Positions 51,205 through 64,000 of a DNA stretch of 64,000 nt are shown here, in pieces. Made by a program: the position numbers and the translations under genes. The stretch is from the NCBI RefSeq assembly GCF_009834535.1, contig NC_045696.1, positions 78,060,001-78,124,000 of the forward strand, given 5' to 3'. Every line of letters starts with the position of its first letter. Positions within the stretch are counted from its first letter, which is position 1. This stretch comes from Camelus ferus (taxonomy: Eukaryota). The notes under the pieces were generated by a model, which made no database searches, was not told the DNA's origin, and saw only the letters and a program-made list of their open reading frames with translations.

Positions 51205-52587
51205 CAGAAATCCTTGAACTGTGGTCCCCCAAACTCTTAGGGAACCTGTGGCCCCTTAAGGGCCCCCTTCAGGGATCTATGAGGTCATCACAATTATTTT
51301 CATAATAATACTAAGACACTACTTGCCTTTTTCACTGTGTTCAAATGCACACTAATGGTATAAAGAAACAGTGGACATAACTGCTGGCCTTTTGGTACAA
51401 ACAAGGACAGTGGCAACAAACTTAACTAATAGTCACTGAATTCTCTACTACTATCCACTAGCAGAAAAAGCAAGTTTCACTTAAGAGTAACATTGCTGAA
51501 ACTTTGAAACTTACTAATTTTAGTAAGTCTCAAACTTTTAGCATACATCTTTTTAATCATTTTTGTTTTGGAATCAGGAAACACACAGCACGTCTGTGCA
51601 GACAGAAATGGAACGGTCTTCAGAAGAAGTGTGCATGTGAGTTGTGAACTGATTTAGTATTTCTGTTCATGAAACACCATTTCTACTTGAGAGAATTATG
51701 GACAGATGAACAACGGCAGATCAGACGTGAGTACCTGGGAGACATTTCTCCAACATAAGCAAAGTGGGACTATAAGAAAATAACAGTTTTTGTTGCTGAT
51801 AAAAATATTCAAGCTTTTGAATAAAAAATAGAATTATGGAAAATTTGCATTTGTCACAATGAACTTTACAGATTTCTAAAGCAAAAAAAAATACTTCTGA
51901 TGAGATCAGTGGTAACGTGAATAAATGTGTTTTTTTAAATGTCATGTAAAGGAATATGTCAACATTGAGAAGATCTGCATTATTCAGTGAAATGGTATTT
52001 TCCAAATGGGCAATGTAAAAGGCACCCAATTAAAATGTAAGACTGGCCATCTTATTTTAATATAATAAAGTGTAAAAAGTTTACTGGCATAATTTCAGGT
52101 TCCACATTGTAAGCAACTATTAAGTAACTACCACTCGTGTTTTCATATAATTTTGAATAGCCACAACTACCTGGAAAAGTTTTTAAAATATATCACCCTT
52201 TTCCAACTATATATGTAAATAAGGCGACATTTCCTCTGTATATTTCAACTAAAACATATCTCAACAGGCTGACTACAAAAGCAGATATGAGGGCCCAGCA
52301 GTCTACTATTAAGCCAGACGTTAAAGATACTTTTAAAAAGTATAGAACACCACCCCACTTCTCAATTTTTCTTTGAAAGATAGTTTTTTAAATAAAATGT
52401 TTATTTTTGTTATGTGTTATGGCATTTTTATTATTTTTAAATAAATTAATAGATCTTTAAAATTTTTTCTCAGTTTTAATCCTAGTATATTCAGTATAGA
52501 CATAGAAAACCTTCAAACTCTTAGGAGATCTCAATAATGTTGAAGATTGCAAAGGAGTTCTGTGACCAGAACATTTGACAACCACTG
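51205..52587 (+). mobile_element. hAT-Charlie DNA transposon (Charlie1a-like internal-deletion derivative, ~1.38 kb) with decayed transposase 3' sequence
   Basis: Ends are CAGaaatccttgaactgtggtcc and tttgacaaccaCTG, followed by CTCTAGTC (similar to the NTCTAGAN Charlie target). Internal cataataatactaagac, gtttcacttaagag, ttctgatgagatcagtggt and ctattaagccagac are colinear with the recalled Charlie1a consensus. Confidence 0.9.
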
Positions 52588-53214
52588 CTCTAGTCCATGT
52601 TTAAGATGGTAACGGGAAATGGCTAAATAATAAGCATTTCCCAGGCCCTCAACACTCCCAGTTAATGAAGGCTGGCAGAGCAAGCTGACAGCACCCAGGC
52701 TGGAGGACAGAGAAGCGAGCCAAGTTTCAGAGAACTGGAAGCTTTCCAGTAAGAACAGAGACGGTGAACATTTGTTAAAGCTAGGTCAAAGATGTCTTTG
52801 TGTGTGTGTATGTGTTCACACTCCTGAATGCACACTGGTGATACTAATCCAGTCGATGAAAACACAAAAGGCTAATGTGCTCCCAGATCAAGGGAAAAAC
52901 AAACTACTTTTATCACAATATCTACTGTGCACAAGGAAACAAAAAAGCTCCCATCGGGAAAAATCTGGCCAAAACTTTAACTTCTTTGGCAACTGGTCAA
53001 ATCTCACTTTGTACCATCCCATACATATTTTTTGGACTTTGCGATTAGATACTTATTTTTTATTCTCACATTCATTTTTCCCTCCAAAAATAACCACTGA
53101 GTATCTATGTGTGGCAGTCACTGTGTGTATTGCAACTAAGTGATTAAATAGTGATTCAATCAGACAGACAAGGCTCCCTGATACCTAGTTAAGTGAGGTA
53201 GGATTTGAAACTTG

Positions 53215-53862
53215 TAGAAACAATTTGAAATTACAAAGAAGATGGGCAAATTCACAATCACATATGGAAATTTTAACAAACTTCTCTCAGTAGCTGATAG
53301 AATAAACAGAAAAAGATAAGTTAGGGAATAGATGACTTGAGTAACATTTTTTAGAAATGACCAATGTGACATACATAGAAAACCATACCCAATGACTTTG
53401 TAAATGCACATGGAATATTTACCAAAATTGCCCATGTAGTAGGCCATAAATCAAGTCTCAACAAACTTTAAAACACTAAAATTATACAGACTGTATGCTA
53501 TGAAGACAGTAAAATTAGGCTAGGAACCAATAACAAAAGTATAAGCAGAAATTCCAGTTGCTTGGAAATTAGATAATTCCTCTTAGCAACTAATAAGTCA
53601 TGAAATTAAAATAGAAATAGGGAATATTTTAAATGAATGATAATGAAAATACAACATCACAGCATTTATGGGAAGCAGCTAAAGCAGTGCTGAGAGAAAA
53701 ATGTATTGCCTGAAACAAATACTTAAGAAAAAGTCAGTGACTTAGCTTCAATTTCAAAAAATGAGAAAAGTATTGAAATAAACTCAAATGAAATTTTAAA
53801 GAAGGAAATGACAGAAAATAGCAAATGAGTGAAATAGAAAACAAATGTACAAAAGAAAAAAT
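53215..53862 (+). mobile_element. Old L1M ORF2 fragment (endonuclease and downstream region)
   Basis: aaatgcacatggaatatttaccaaaat...ggccataaatcaagtctcaacaaa...aatgaaaatacaacat...tgggaagcagctaaagcagtgctgagagaaaa. Confidence 0.85.
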
Positions 53863-56800
53863 CCTATGGACTTTCTGATATGCATTTTGGCTATTTTTTT
53901 AATAACCCATGAGTTTTCAATAGATATTCTTTTAATAAATATCCTTTAATTATCTAATAGGGAATATCTCTATGATACATAAATATTATTTAATATTTAT
54001 AGTCCATTTACATAATATAAGAATTATATAATATAGGAAATAACTAAAAAGTATGTTTCATCTTATCTTAAAAATTTAGCCAGCAAAGAACTGAAATATA
54101 CCATGCTAATTTCAGCAACTTGGTCAGGCTCTTAAACACAGTTAAATTAACACAGATATTACCCATTCATGCTCCCCTGCCTTTCCTTACTCTTCACCAT
54201 TTTTATGGCTTCTATATACACAAACTATGATTCACTACCTCTCATGAGCAAGTAGGTTTGGAATTTCCTGGCAAACTCCAATGAAGACAAAAACCAAAAG
54301 GTAATAGAAGGAGAAGTGTAAGAGAAATAAACTAATTCTTTGGAGTCCACTACTCCAAATCATTGTTTTAATTCCTGGAACATGGACACAAGCTTATTTT
54401 CATATAGGTTCATGGTTTCTTAGGCCACACAATGTTTAAATAGTTATATAGTTAAAACTAGAGCTCTGATTTTTCTTAGTCACACACTGTTCTTTTCACA
54501 ACCATAATGGTATTACATAATTATATTGAAATCTGTTAAGCTAACTGTGAGAAATAAGTACCAAACAAGCAACTTCTGTTAATTACCACATTCAGCACTA
54601 CTTTTCATGGACAGTTAGCACACTATTTTTAGAGCCTTTAAAAATATATGCATATATTTCCAAATTAAATCATGCTGTTTGGGAATACTTGAACTAATTT
54701 TTGGCCCATGTGAAATTTAATTTGAGTCCTAAGCAAGAAAGTCACACAAAGCAGAGTTGCTTTTTGCTTGTTATTTTTTGAGAAACAAAGCTTTTGTGAG
54801 GATTGCAGTGAGCACATGCTGTTGCTGGGCAAGCTTTCCTCAATATTTCTCTAAAAGAACTGAAATGTCCTCATTTTTATATTCTTTTATACCTCCCTCT
54901 GTAGGTTTTGGCAGTATGCACCATGTTGGGTTGCACTCAGCACATGTATAACCAGAGATAAATGAGGAGAACAAAGCTGGTTGTTTTGCTTTTTTTTTTT
55001 TTTTTTCTGAATTCAATTATGTTGTAGACATAAGCCAAAAACAACAATATACAAAATACCTGAAGTATGTATGAATCAGTATTTTGGTATTCCCGTATCT
55101 TGTATTTACTAACACAACTGAAAGTTTTAAGAAATCCAGAATTGCTGGGTCTTCCTTTTTCTGGTCTCATTTTTTAGTTTGAAGATCTGGCATCACTGGT
55201 CTGGAACTCTTGCTTCTCAATCTATTGCAGCAAGGAGCACTCAGCTCTTTAAAACAGGGCATGAGCTCGGCCGTTCACTACCTACGTACCTTGGTCCCCA
55301 GCACTCATTCTATATATTTTACATCATCTAGGCCCAAGTAGGCTTTTTAGTTCTTTGACCTCTCTTCTTACAATATATATTCTAGAAAAGTAACAATTGT
55401 AAATAATTATCTACTTTTCCATGAATTTGTTGCAACTATTTACATTTCTCTTTAAATAAAGGGTATATTTTATACTCCCTTGAGGCCTCATTAAGAAGCC
55501 TTAGGTAATTCATTTTATTTCTTATAAACTGATGGAACCAACAATTATGCTAAAGAAAATGGTCACAGCAGAATTTAATTTCACTTTAATATTAATAACA
55601 CTAGTATATGAGAAAAGATGGGGAATGGGAATCAGGGCATGTAATATTCATAATTGGTAATCTTTTTTTCATACGACTGCATTTATACTATTTCTTGTCA
55701 TACTAAAAGTCTAAAAAGAATTTTACAAATCAAATAAGAAGCCATGCAGTACACTTGTGACAGGTTATTGGCAGGCTGGAAAATGCATTTAAGTTATCTT
55801 TGGAAAGGATGATTACAAATTGGCACTAAAATTATTCATCCATTAAGGATTTACTGACATGTCATCATGTCATATAAATTAATAGAAAAGAGATCATTCT
55901 ATTTAGAGATAATTCCATTTAGCCCCACATTTTTCTCTAGGAATATGTTTATTACCACCCAGACTGTCTGTCTGACTAAACCAGTCCTCACATTCTTATT
56001 TCCTGTCTTATCCAAAAAGAATTATTTAATTATAAAAAAAAAAAAAAAAAGGTCAGGCCCAGGATTTGTAGATTGTTTCAAATTTTTTTCAATGGAATGA
56101 CTGTAGACTGGCCTGTATGCAAGAAATCAAGGGTTGAATTGATGAATCAGGGGTACAGAGACAAACATAACCTCTAAGAATGAGCCAGGCCATCAACTAA
56201 AATGACTTCTGACCTGGTGGTTAGAAGGCATTGCTTGCAGAATTACTGAGGACAGGATTCTCAAAGGGACATTAAGGAAACCATAGAAGTGGTCTGAGAT
56301 GTAGCCAGAGCCTGGTGATGAGGAATGTAACACTGGACAACGTGCAAAAAATCCAGGAAGCAGTCAATTGTCAAGTAATTAGATAGCTGGTAGCAAGACT
56401 CCTGCATGGGCTATGAATCTAGAGCAAAATTCAGTCCCTGGACAGAGACAAGAAACATAAGGCAAAGTGCCATGAAGGGAAGTGCCAAGTGATGCATCAG
56501 GACTGTGATTTAAAAGCCGGCATTTTATTAAAGAAAGGGGCATAATATTAACATGGGAGCAAAGCATGATTTTCTTGGGGACACTTCTCTGATTATTGAT
56601 GAACTAGCACTAATAATAATGATGATGATTTATCAATGTGCATTTCAACCCTGGAAAGTATTTTTACTGAAACATTAGAGATGAGGAAACTGAGGTTTGG
56701 AAAGACTGGATTAATTAGAGAATCTCATATCTCCCTTTAATAGTGACTAATCTCAGAGGCTGTGATGGCAATTTGACTACATGTAGATGTCAAGTAACTT

Positions 56801-57949
56801 CAGCTGAAGAAAAAAAAAGTCACAGTTGCTGGGAACCACTAAATGAGCCCATGTACAGGAACACAATTTGTGTTAGCCAAAGTTGCAGACAATGTGTAAA
56901 GAATTAGTAAGCCCTATCAAAGGACAGAAGTGCATTGTTTATTTGTACATTGTGAAGTAACCACCACAACACCACCAAACATTTATGTAGAAGGATCCAA
57001 AGTAACGCCCAAGAGGTTTATACCGCTGAATTCTACGTCCTAATGGTTAGCGCTTGAATTAACAAGGCATGTGTGCAAACAGCATCATATCCTTATTAAC
57101 TACATTTCATTTTGATATCTACATAGTTTAAAGTTGCCAGCCTAGTAAGAATGAGCAAAACTAGGTCAAATTTCATTCTTAATACCTGTACTACCTTCAT
57201 AGGTCTATCAAATAGCACAACATGTCTGTTGTCTCTTGAAGACTCTATAAGAAAAAATGGTTTTCTCATGACAACTGATTTTTACTTTTCAGGGGTCAGC
57301 CAAAGAAGACTGATGATAAGCAATACCTTAACTCACCCAAAGCTCCAACAGGACATGAATAGATCCATCAAAACTAAATCAGTAACTGACATTTGTACAA
57401 AACATGCAATTAATCCCAAGTTTTATAGCCTCTCAAGATAAATAACTGTCAGGAAGCCAACCTTTACTAAAAGAATGTTCCATCTGAAAGACACAGAAAA
57501 AATTTCCAGCTCTGCTGTGAAAGCCAACACAATGACTGACTTCCAAGAAGGGTGTCTAACTTTTTTATTTTTATTTAAATTATGAATTAAATACATTGAT
57601 TTATTAGGCAAAATGCTATCAGATAGATGGCAATAATAAACATAACTTCCATATATAAAAGCAATTTATTTCTTCTCAAAATGTCTTGATGTTTACTTCA
57701 CAAAAATAATAAATTGCTTTTCAAAACAATCATGTTTTGAAATTTAGCTATTATTTAGTATTTATTTATTATAAAATATGATAACCGAGTTCTATTTTCA
57801 AATTTTTACACAGACTTTCTTCCCATTAATTTATAAAACCATTATGGAACACTGCATTTTGATTTAACCTTAAGAGTTCCCTCTTACAGTCCATAGGTAG
57901 AGAGTTGTTAAGTAAATGGGTTATTCTACTTTATACGAGACAGGGGAAT

Positions 57950-58130
57950 ACAGTAATGGGAATTCACTGGGATTCTGGAAAGAAAATGGGCCCAAATCTC
58001 TTTTCTTCCACTTATTTACTAAATAACCTAGGGCAGGTTTTTAAAGCTCTTTAAACCTCAGTTGCTTCACTGGAAAAGGATATAATAATAGAACATACAT
58101 TATTAGGTTGCTCTGACTGAATATGATAAT
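57950..58130 (+). mobile_element. MIR SINE
   Basis: ccacttatttac...acctagggcaggtt...ctctttaaacctcagttgcttcactggaaaaggatataataatag. Confidence 0.75.
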
Positions 58131-58609
58131 CCCCAAGAAGAATTTATCTCAGTGACTACTCAGTTCCCATCCACTGCTCAATCCATCACACGAGTGTCTT
58201 CTGCACCTACTACGTATACTACATAAAGCACAGTATACCTATCTGGATTTCCCCCACCCGGGTCATTCGTAGACACATACCGTGCATAGGTCTCTAGCCC
58301 TTCAACAGCTGTGGATATTCACTTGATTATGATGTACCGATTAACTAGTAGTTAATTGTTGACTAGTAGGTAGCACTAGCTCTTCTGTGACCTGACCCCT
58401 GATACCCTTTGAGATGAGGAAAGATTCCAGACATGGGAAGTAGAAATTGTGTTTTGACACTGTAACTTCCCTTCAACTACCTACAAAATCTCCTACTGTC
58501 TATAAGACAAAGCCCCAAACCTATTTTTCAGTATTTAGGTGTGGTAACAGCCTTGCCCCCACTTCCACTTCTACTTGGATCTACTAGAGGGCTCCCACCT
58601 ATTGGATGA

Positions 58610-58820
58610 TTCGGAGGCAGCACACCACAGCATTTAAGAACAGGGACTGGGAGACAGTCTGGTGTAAGTTCTCTTACTGTCCAGATATGAGAACTTGGAT
58701 GAGTTATTAACTCAAATGCTCCATAACCATTCCCACTTCACCAAGCTGGTAACATCAAAAGTGATGTTTGCAAACTGCTTAGCACAGTGTGGGCATACCA
58801 TAGCACTCAGTAAGTACTTT
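58610..58820 (+). mobile_element. MIR SINE
   Basis: gaggcagcac...cagcatttaagaacagggactggga...acttggatgagttattaac...tgcaaactgcttagcacagtgtgggcata...agcactcagtaagt. Confidence 0.7.
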
Positions 58821-59147
58821 CCACTTAAAAGCTTGCACTTACTTCTTGCCAGAACTGCCCATCACCTGAGGCTGCCAGGATCTCTACCTGCTCCCTTCAC
58901 CTGCTTCAGGAAGTCATTTCTGCATAGACCAGTCAACTCAGAGCAACCTGGCCTCCAAACACTTGGCATCTGGCTTATAAAGCACCACCCAGTCCTCAAT
59001 GGTTCACTGAAACCTTGAAAATCAATAGCTCTTTTGTGACTTCCATCAAAGTCTAGAAATAAATGAGCTTTTAAATTTCTCTTACAGCAGTTCATTTCTT
59101 AGAAAGTTGACTTCAAATTATCCTCATACTGAATCAATGTTGAGTTA

Positions 59148-59221
59148 AGGGAGAGAATAAAGAAGGGAAGAAGGGAGGAAGGAGAGAGGGAGGGAAAAGG
59201 AAGGAGGAAGGAAGGAAGAAA
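59148..59221. repeat. (GGAA)-type polypurine tract
   Basis: Directly visible in the sequence. Confidence 0.85.
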
Positions 59222-60780
59222 TTTACAGTGTATGGTGTTTCCTGATTCCTGAGGTGTATTGTTATTTCACTTGGAAATATATACTCTTTTCCCCTATGAT
59301 TCCTCCAAAAGAAGTCTTTATTTTCAGAAGATTTGATTTTACCCTAAAATCAAACTGTAACACAATTTAAACCAAATAGACCGTTTTAGCTTTGCTTTCT
59401 TTTATATGAGTTAATTAAATATAACTCATTTCTTCATCTTTGACTTGATTAATTAGTTCTGGTAGAGCAAAGTGATTGTCAGTTGGTAGTTCACTAGTGT
59501 GTAGATATTCCACAAAATGTATTTCAAAAAGACTACCATTGATTTGCTTTCTTCATGGGCATAGACACCATATAGGAATCTTACTGCTGAAGATAACAAA
59601 ACTATTCTAGATGGATGTGTTTTATTGGTCTACTTCTACTATTATTTTTCAGAGGAGAGTAATAAAATGTCCTTTAAGTTACTCTTGTGAAAGAAAAAAA
59701 GAAACTTGGAAACAGTTATCCCACAGACATGTCTGAATCATGTCAAATATCCTGCTAAAAAATAGCCAAACTGTGGCTTTTATTGTGTTTAAGCAGAACA
59801 TTTCAGCCAGTGAGCTGTCTGGCTCACAAAATAAGAAGCCTATTCTTGAATTAGGCAAATATTTTTATAAACAGACACTCATTATTTTAAGGGAAAAAAA
59901 AACGTGAAAACTCAAGAGTGCTTCCTTGTGCATACGTTTTCCACTAAGAAATACCATTACACATCAAAATGTATTAACTTTATATTTAATGTGTTTGTAA
60001 ATCAAGCAACTTGCAAAGATTTAAATGCACCAGATTCACTTGGCCCCAGAAAGCCTGAGGCAATATATCCTAGACCTACTTTAATGATACTGTAATTTCA
60101 GGGAATATATGACATTATATAAATATGAAAGATAATATTAGTGAGGAATCTGTAGGAATGGCCCACCTATTATTTTGTAATAAATGTTTTTAAGTACAGA
60201 ATCACTCTGGTATAAAATAAAAACATGTTTCTAAAAGCAAGGCAAATAGAACATCTTTAAATAGGATATGCTAGATTCAATAGGCAGTGTCAGTCTTAGA
60301 TCAAAACTAATCACTGAACTACTTCTCCTTGGATTTCTTTTATTACTTATTTCCATCTGGACTGCTTTCTACCAAACTTGCACTATTGAAATTCTGCCCA
60401 TTATTCAAGTCCCTTTTCCCCAAGAGCATTTTTGAACATGTGCATAAAATGCAATAAAGACTCTGGAGTATTCTTGTTTATTTGGCGTTTTTTCCAAGGC
60501 AATTTTAATAGAGTAAATTAAAAGGTGTATCACTTTGGATTGAGGCACTCTTCCCCATCCCCCAGATTTACTGAAATAAATTGGTTTATTTCAAACATTT
60601 AATCCTTTGGCCTAATTAAGGGATTTCTATCCTGGTTAGAATATAAAGGATGCTCACAGCTAATGGGCCTTTTTGTTTAAAATGTTACATTTAACTTCCT
60701 GTGAATAAAATTTTACAACATGGAAAACACTAGATCTTATTAGTGAAACTGCAGTCAAGTATAGTAATTACAGAAAATAC

Positions 60781-60801
60781 CAATCAATCAATCAATCAAT
60801 C
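60781..60801. repeat. (CAAT)5 tetranucleotide repeat
   Basis: caatcaatcaatcaatcaatc. Confidence 0.9.
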
Positions 60802-61019
60802 CTGCTCAACCTCTATAATTAGAGTAATATTTAAGTAGATAAGTTACTCATATATATTCCAATATTTCAACATTTAGAAATTTAAGTTATTTAAAAAATT
60901 ACATGATAGTACAGCAGAATAGATCACTGGATTAGGAAACATGGACCTAGGGGGTAGTGTTACAGTTTTACCTTTATTACTCAATATTATATACATATAC
61001 GATCATGTAAAATTAGTCA

Positions 61020-62050
61020 TCTCATAACTTTTTTTTTTTACTTTTCCGTTTTCTTATTTTATTTTTGTCTTTTTAAATGTGACAATTTTAACGTATTTTA
61101 CTATATTTACAGAATTAAGTATGTTACTGTTTATTTTCTACTTTCTTGATTTCTTCTCATAGGTTAAGACTCTTTCCCTTATTGCTATATTGAAAGTGAA
61201 AACTGCTAAATTTTTTCTAAAACCTTTCTAATAGCTTTTTTTTTTTAACAGTTTGCACATGCATGTTAATCTTTCTGAAAGTTAATTTGCTTATGGTTTA
61301 AGTTAAAATTCCAAATATATGTTGGAAAAGATTGCCAGTTTTACATCATTTATTAATACATTTCTCCATTAGACACTAAATTGAAACATTACCTTTATTG
61401 TAGAAGAAATCTTATTTTATCATCATTCTTTGCTGAATTTTCTATTCTGCTCACAAATTTTCAATCTATACTATTTTTGTTGAATTTCATTCCAGTGCCT
61501 TTTTAAGAATGCGTACCTGTGAAATAAACCTCCAATATTATTATCCTGTTTTATAATTTTCTTGGCTTTAGATATTTGTTCCTCATATTAAGTTTAGGAT
61601 TTTTTTTCCAATTAATAATAAAACTTGGTAAAATTCTAACTAGAGCTGCATTAAATTTATATATTGATTTTAAAAATTGTATGTTTGATATAAAATATTC
61701 CCGTAAGTGAAGCCATTGTGTTTTCCATTTGCTCAAATATTTTTTTAAAAATTTAGTTTTAAAAATAAATAGTCCATTATTTTCTTACTAAAATGTATTT
61801 TATTTGTTTTTGTTACAATTGAGAATTAAATATTATCCCAATTCTTAGTTTAGGTGCCTGCATGACTAATGTAACTTTCTTCTCTATCATATACTTAAGC
61901 TACTTCACTGAATTCATTGTATTCCTTAGAATCATTTGGGTTTCCTTAGTATATGGATATTATCATCATCAAAGAAACCAGCTGTATCTATTCTTCCTAA
62001 TGTTTATAGTGATCACTTCTCCCGATATCAATTTTTTTAGTTCTTATTTT
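61020..62050 (-). mobile_element. Very old L1 (L1ME-like) ORF2 fragment
   Basis: Minus ORF 61551-61736 contains a decayed IYKFNAALVRIL...KNPKLNMRNKYLK, similar to ORF2 IYRFNAIPIKI...LKFIWN. The plus strand is T-rich. Confidence 0.6.
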
Positions 62051-62152
62051 GAAAAAATTAATAAACAGAAACCTCTATTAAACAGCACTAGGAGACCAGT
62101 AAGGGGAGCTCTCATGCCTGCAGCCACAGAAGAGCCCAACAAGCAGAAAGAG

Positions 62153-64000
62153 CATCGCAATACATGCAGAAAAAACTTTTGATAAAATGCAACATCCATT
62201 TATGATTAAAACTCTCCAGAAAGTGGGCATAGAGGGAACATAACTCAACATAATAAAGGCCATATATAGCAAAACAGCTAACATCATACTCAATGATGAA
62301 AAGCTGAAAGAATGTCCCCTAAGGAGTAAGACAAGGATGTCCACTCTCACCACTTTTATTCGATATAATTTTGGATGTCCCAGCCATGCAATCAGACAAG
62401 AAATAAAAGGAGTCCAAACTGGAGAGGGAAAAGTAAAGCATCACTGCTTGCAAAACATATATACAGAGAAAATCCTAATGGTGCTAAATACAGTAAAAAG
62501 CTCATTGATGAATTTGGTACTTTCAGAATTCAAAATTAACATACAGAAATTTGTTGCACTTCTATACACTAACAACAAACTATAAGAGGTAGTAAGGAAA
62601 CAATACCATTTACCACTGCATCAAAAAAATATAAAATACCTAGGAATAAATCTACATAAAGACCTATATTTGGAAAACTGTAAGACACTAATGAAAGAAA
62701 CTGAAGACAACACAAACAGATGGAAAGAAATACCATGTACTTGGATCAGAAGAATTAATATTGTTAAAATAACCATAGTACCCAAGACAATCTACAGATT
62801 CAATGCAATCCTTATCAAAATAGCAATGGAATTTTTTACAGACCTCAAACAAGTAATTTTAAAATTTATTTGAAAATACAGAAGACCCAGAATAGCCAAA
62901 ACAATCTTGTGAAAGAACAGAGATGGAGGAACCATACTTCCTGACTTCAGACAATATTACAATAATCCAAACAGTATGGTACTGACACAAAAACAAATGT
63001 ACAGATCAAAGGAACATAACAGAGAGCCCAGAAATAAACCCACACATTTATGGTCAATTAATCTATGAAAAGGAGGCAAGAAAACACATTGTAGAAAAAG
63101 CAGTCTCTTCAACAAGTGGTGCTGGGAAAACTGGACAGCAACTTGTAAAAGAAAGAAAACATTCTCTACCATCATATACCAAGATAAACTCAAAATGAAA
63201 TAAAGACCTAAATGTAAGACCAGATACTATAAAATTCCTAGGGGAAAACAGACAAAATACTCTTTGACATAAATTGCAACAATATTTCTTTTTGGATCTG
63301 TCTCCTAAACCAAAGAAAACAAAAGCAAAAAATACACAAGTGTGACGTAATTAATCTTAAAAGCTTTTGCACAGAAAAGGAAACTACTGACAAAATGAAA
63401 AGATAACCTACTGAATGGGAGAAAATATTTGCAAATGATATGACTGACAAGGGGTTTTTATCCAACATATATAAACAGTTCACACAACTCAACATCAAAA
63501 CAAATTTTAAAATGGACGAAACTGAACAGACATTTTTCAAAGGAGGAAATATAGATGGCCAATAGGCATGTGAAAAGATGCTCAATGTCAGTAATCATTA
63601 CAGAAATGTAAATCAAAACCACAATGAGATAGCACCTCACACCTGTCAGAACTGTTATCATCAAAAAGAACACAAATAATAAATGTTGGTGAGAATGTGG
63701 AAAAAAAGGAACCCTCCTACACTGTTGACAGGAATGTAAATTGGGACAGTCAATTTAACAGTATGGAGTTTTCTCGAAAAACTAAAAATAGAACTACCAT
63801 ATGACCCAACAATTCCACTCCTGGGTATTTACAGGGAGAAAACAAAAGTTCTAATCTGAAAGGTACATACATTCCAGTGTTAATAGCAGCATTATTTACA
63901 ATTGTCAAGGTATGGAAGCAATGTAAGTATCCATCAACAGATGAATGTATAAAGAAGATGTGGTATATATATACACAATGGAATACTATTCAGCCATAAA
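62153..64000 (+). mobile_element. LINE-1 ORF2 (RT domain to C-terminus), decayed, running off the window end
   Basis: atgcagaaaaaacttttgataaaatgcaacatccatttatg (DAEKAFDKIQHPFM region). ORF 62670-62873 reads [32 protein letters not shown]...[11 protein letters not shown]. There are many indels, including loss around the FADD motif at ~62445. Confidence 0.95.

Noticed and set aside
56985..57085. Short CpG-containing stretch considered as a NUMT or RNA pseudogene
   Set aside because: I could not match it to any mitochondrial, snRNA or rRNA sequence I know. A BLASTN search would be needed.
59406..59429. Hairpin ATGAGTTA-N8-TAACTCAT (similar 8-bp stems near 58341 and 52614)
   Set aside because: Stems of 8 bp are expected by chance in 64 kb of AT-rich DNA and are too short for a pre-miRNA.

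Overview
This is AT-rich mammalian genomic DNA, most likely camelid (alpaca, llama or camel) because it carries a Vic-1-like tRNA-derived SINE at ~44736-44875. The window lies inside the very large NAALADL2 gene (inactive M28-family peptidase-like protein), transcribed on the minus strand. Only two coding exons are present: 274 nt at 42645-42918 and 120 nt at 27646-27765. Both have canonical AG/GT ends and splice in frame (...SAKGTLE|AEVIDVSYG...) across a 14,879-nt intron. The rest is intronic and holds many L1 fragments of different ages (two clear and one probable 5'-inverted, twin-primed insertions), a solo ERV LTR and an LTR fragment, DNA-transposon fossils (Charlie1a-, MER44- and MER47-like), MIR/L2 relics and microsatellites. 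Nearly all other ORFs in the track are chance ORFs or decayed L1 ORF2 pieces. I found no convincing new biological system. The best leads concern retrotransposition mechanics, repeat evolution, and possible splicing or antisense regulation of NAALADL2. Repeat subfamily names and the human protein comparison come from memory, not from a database search.
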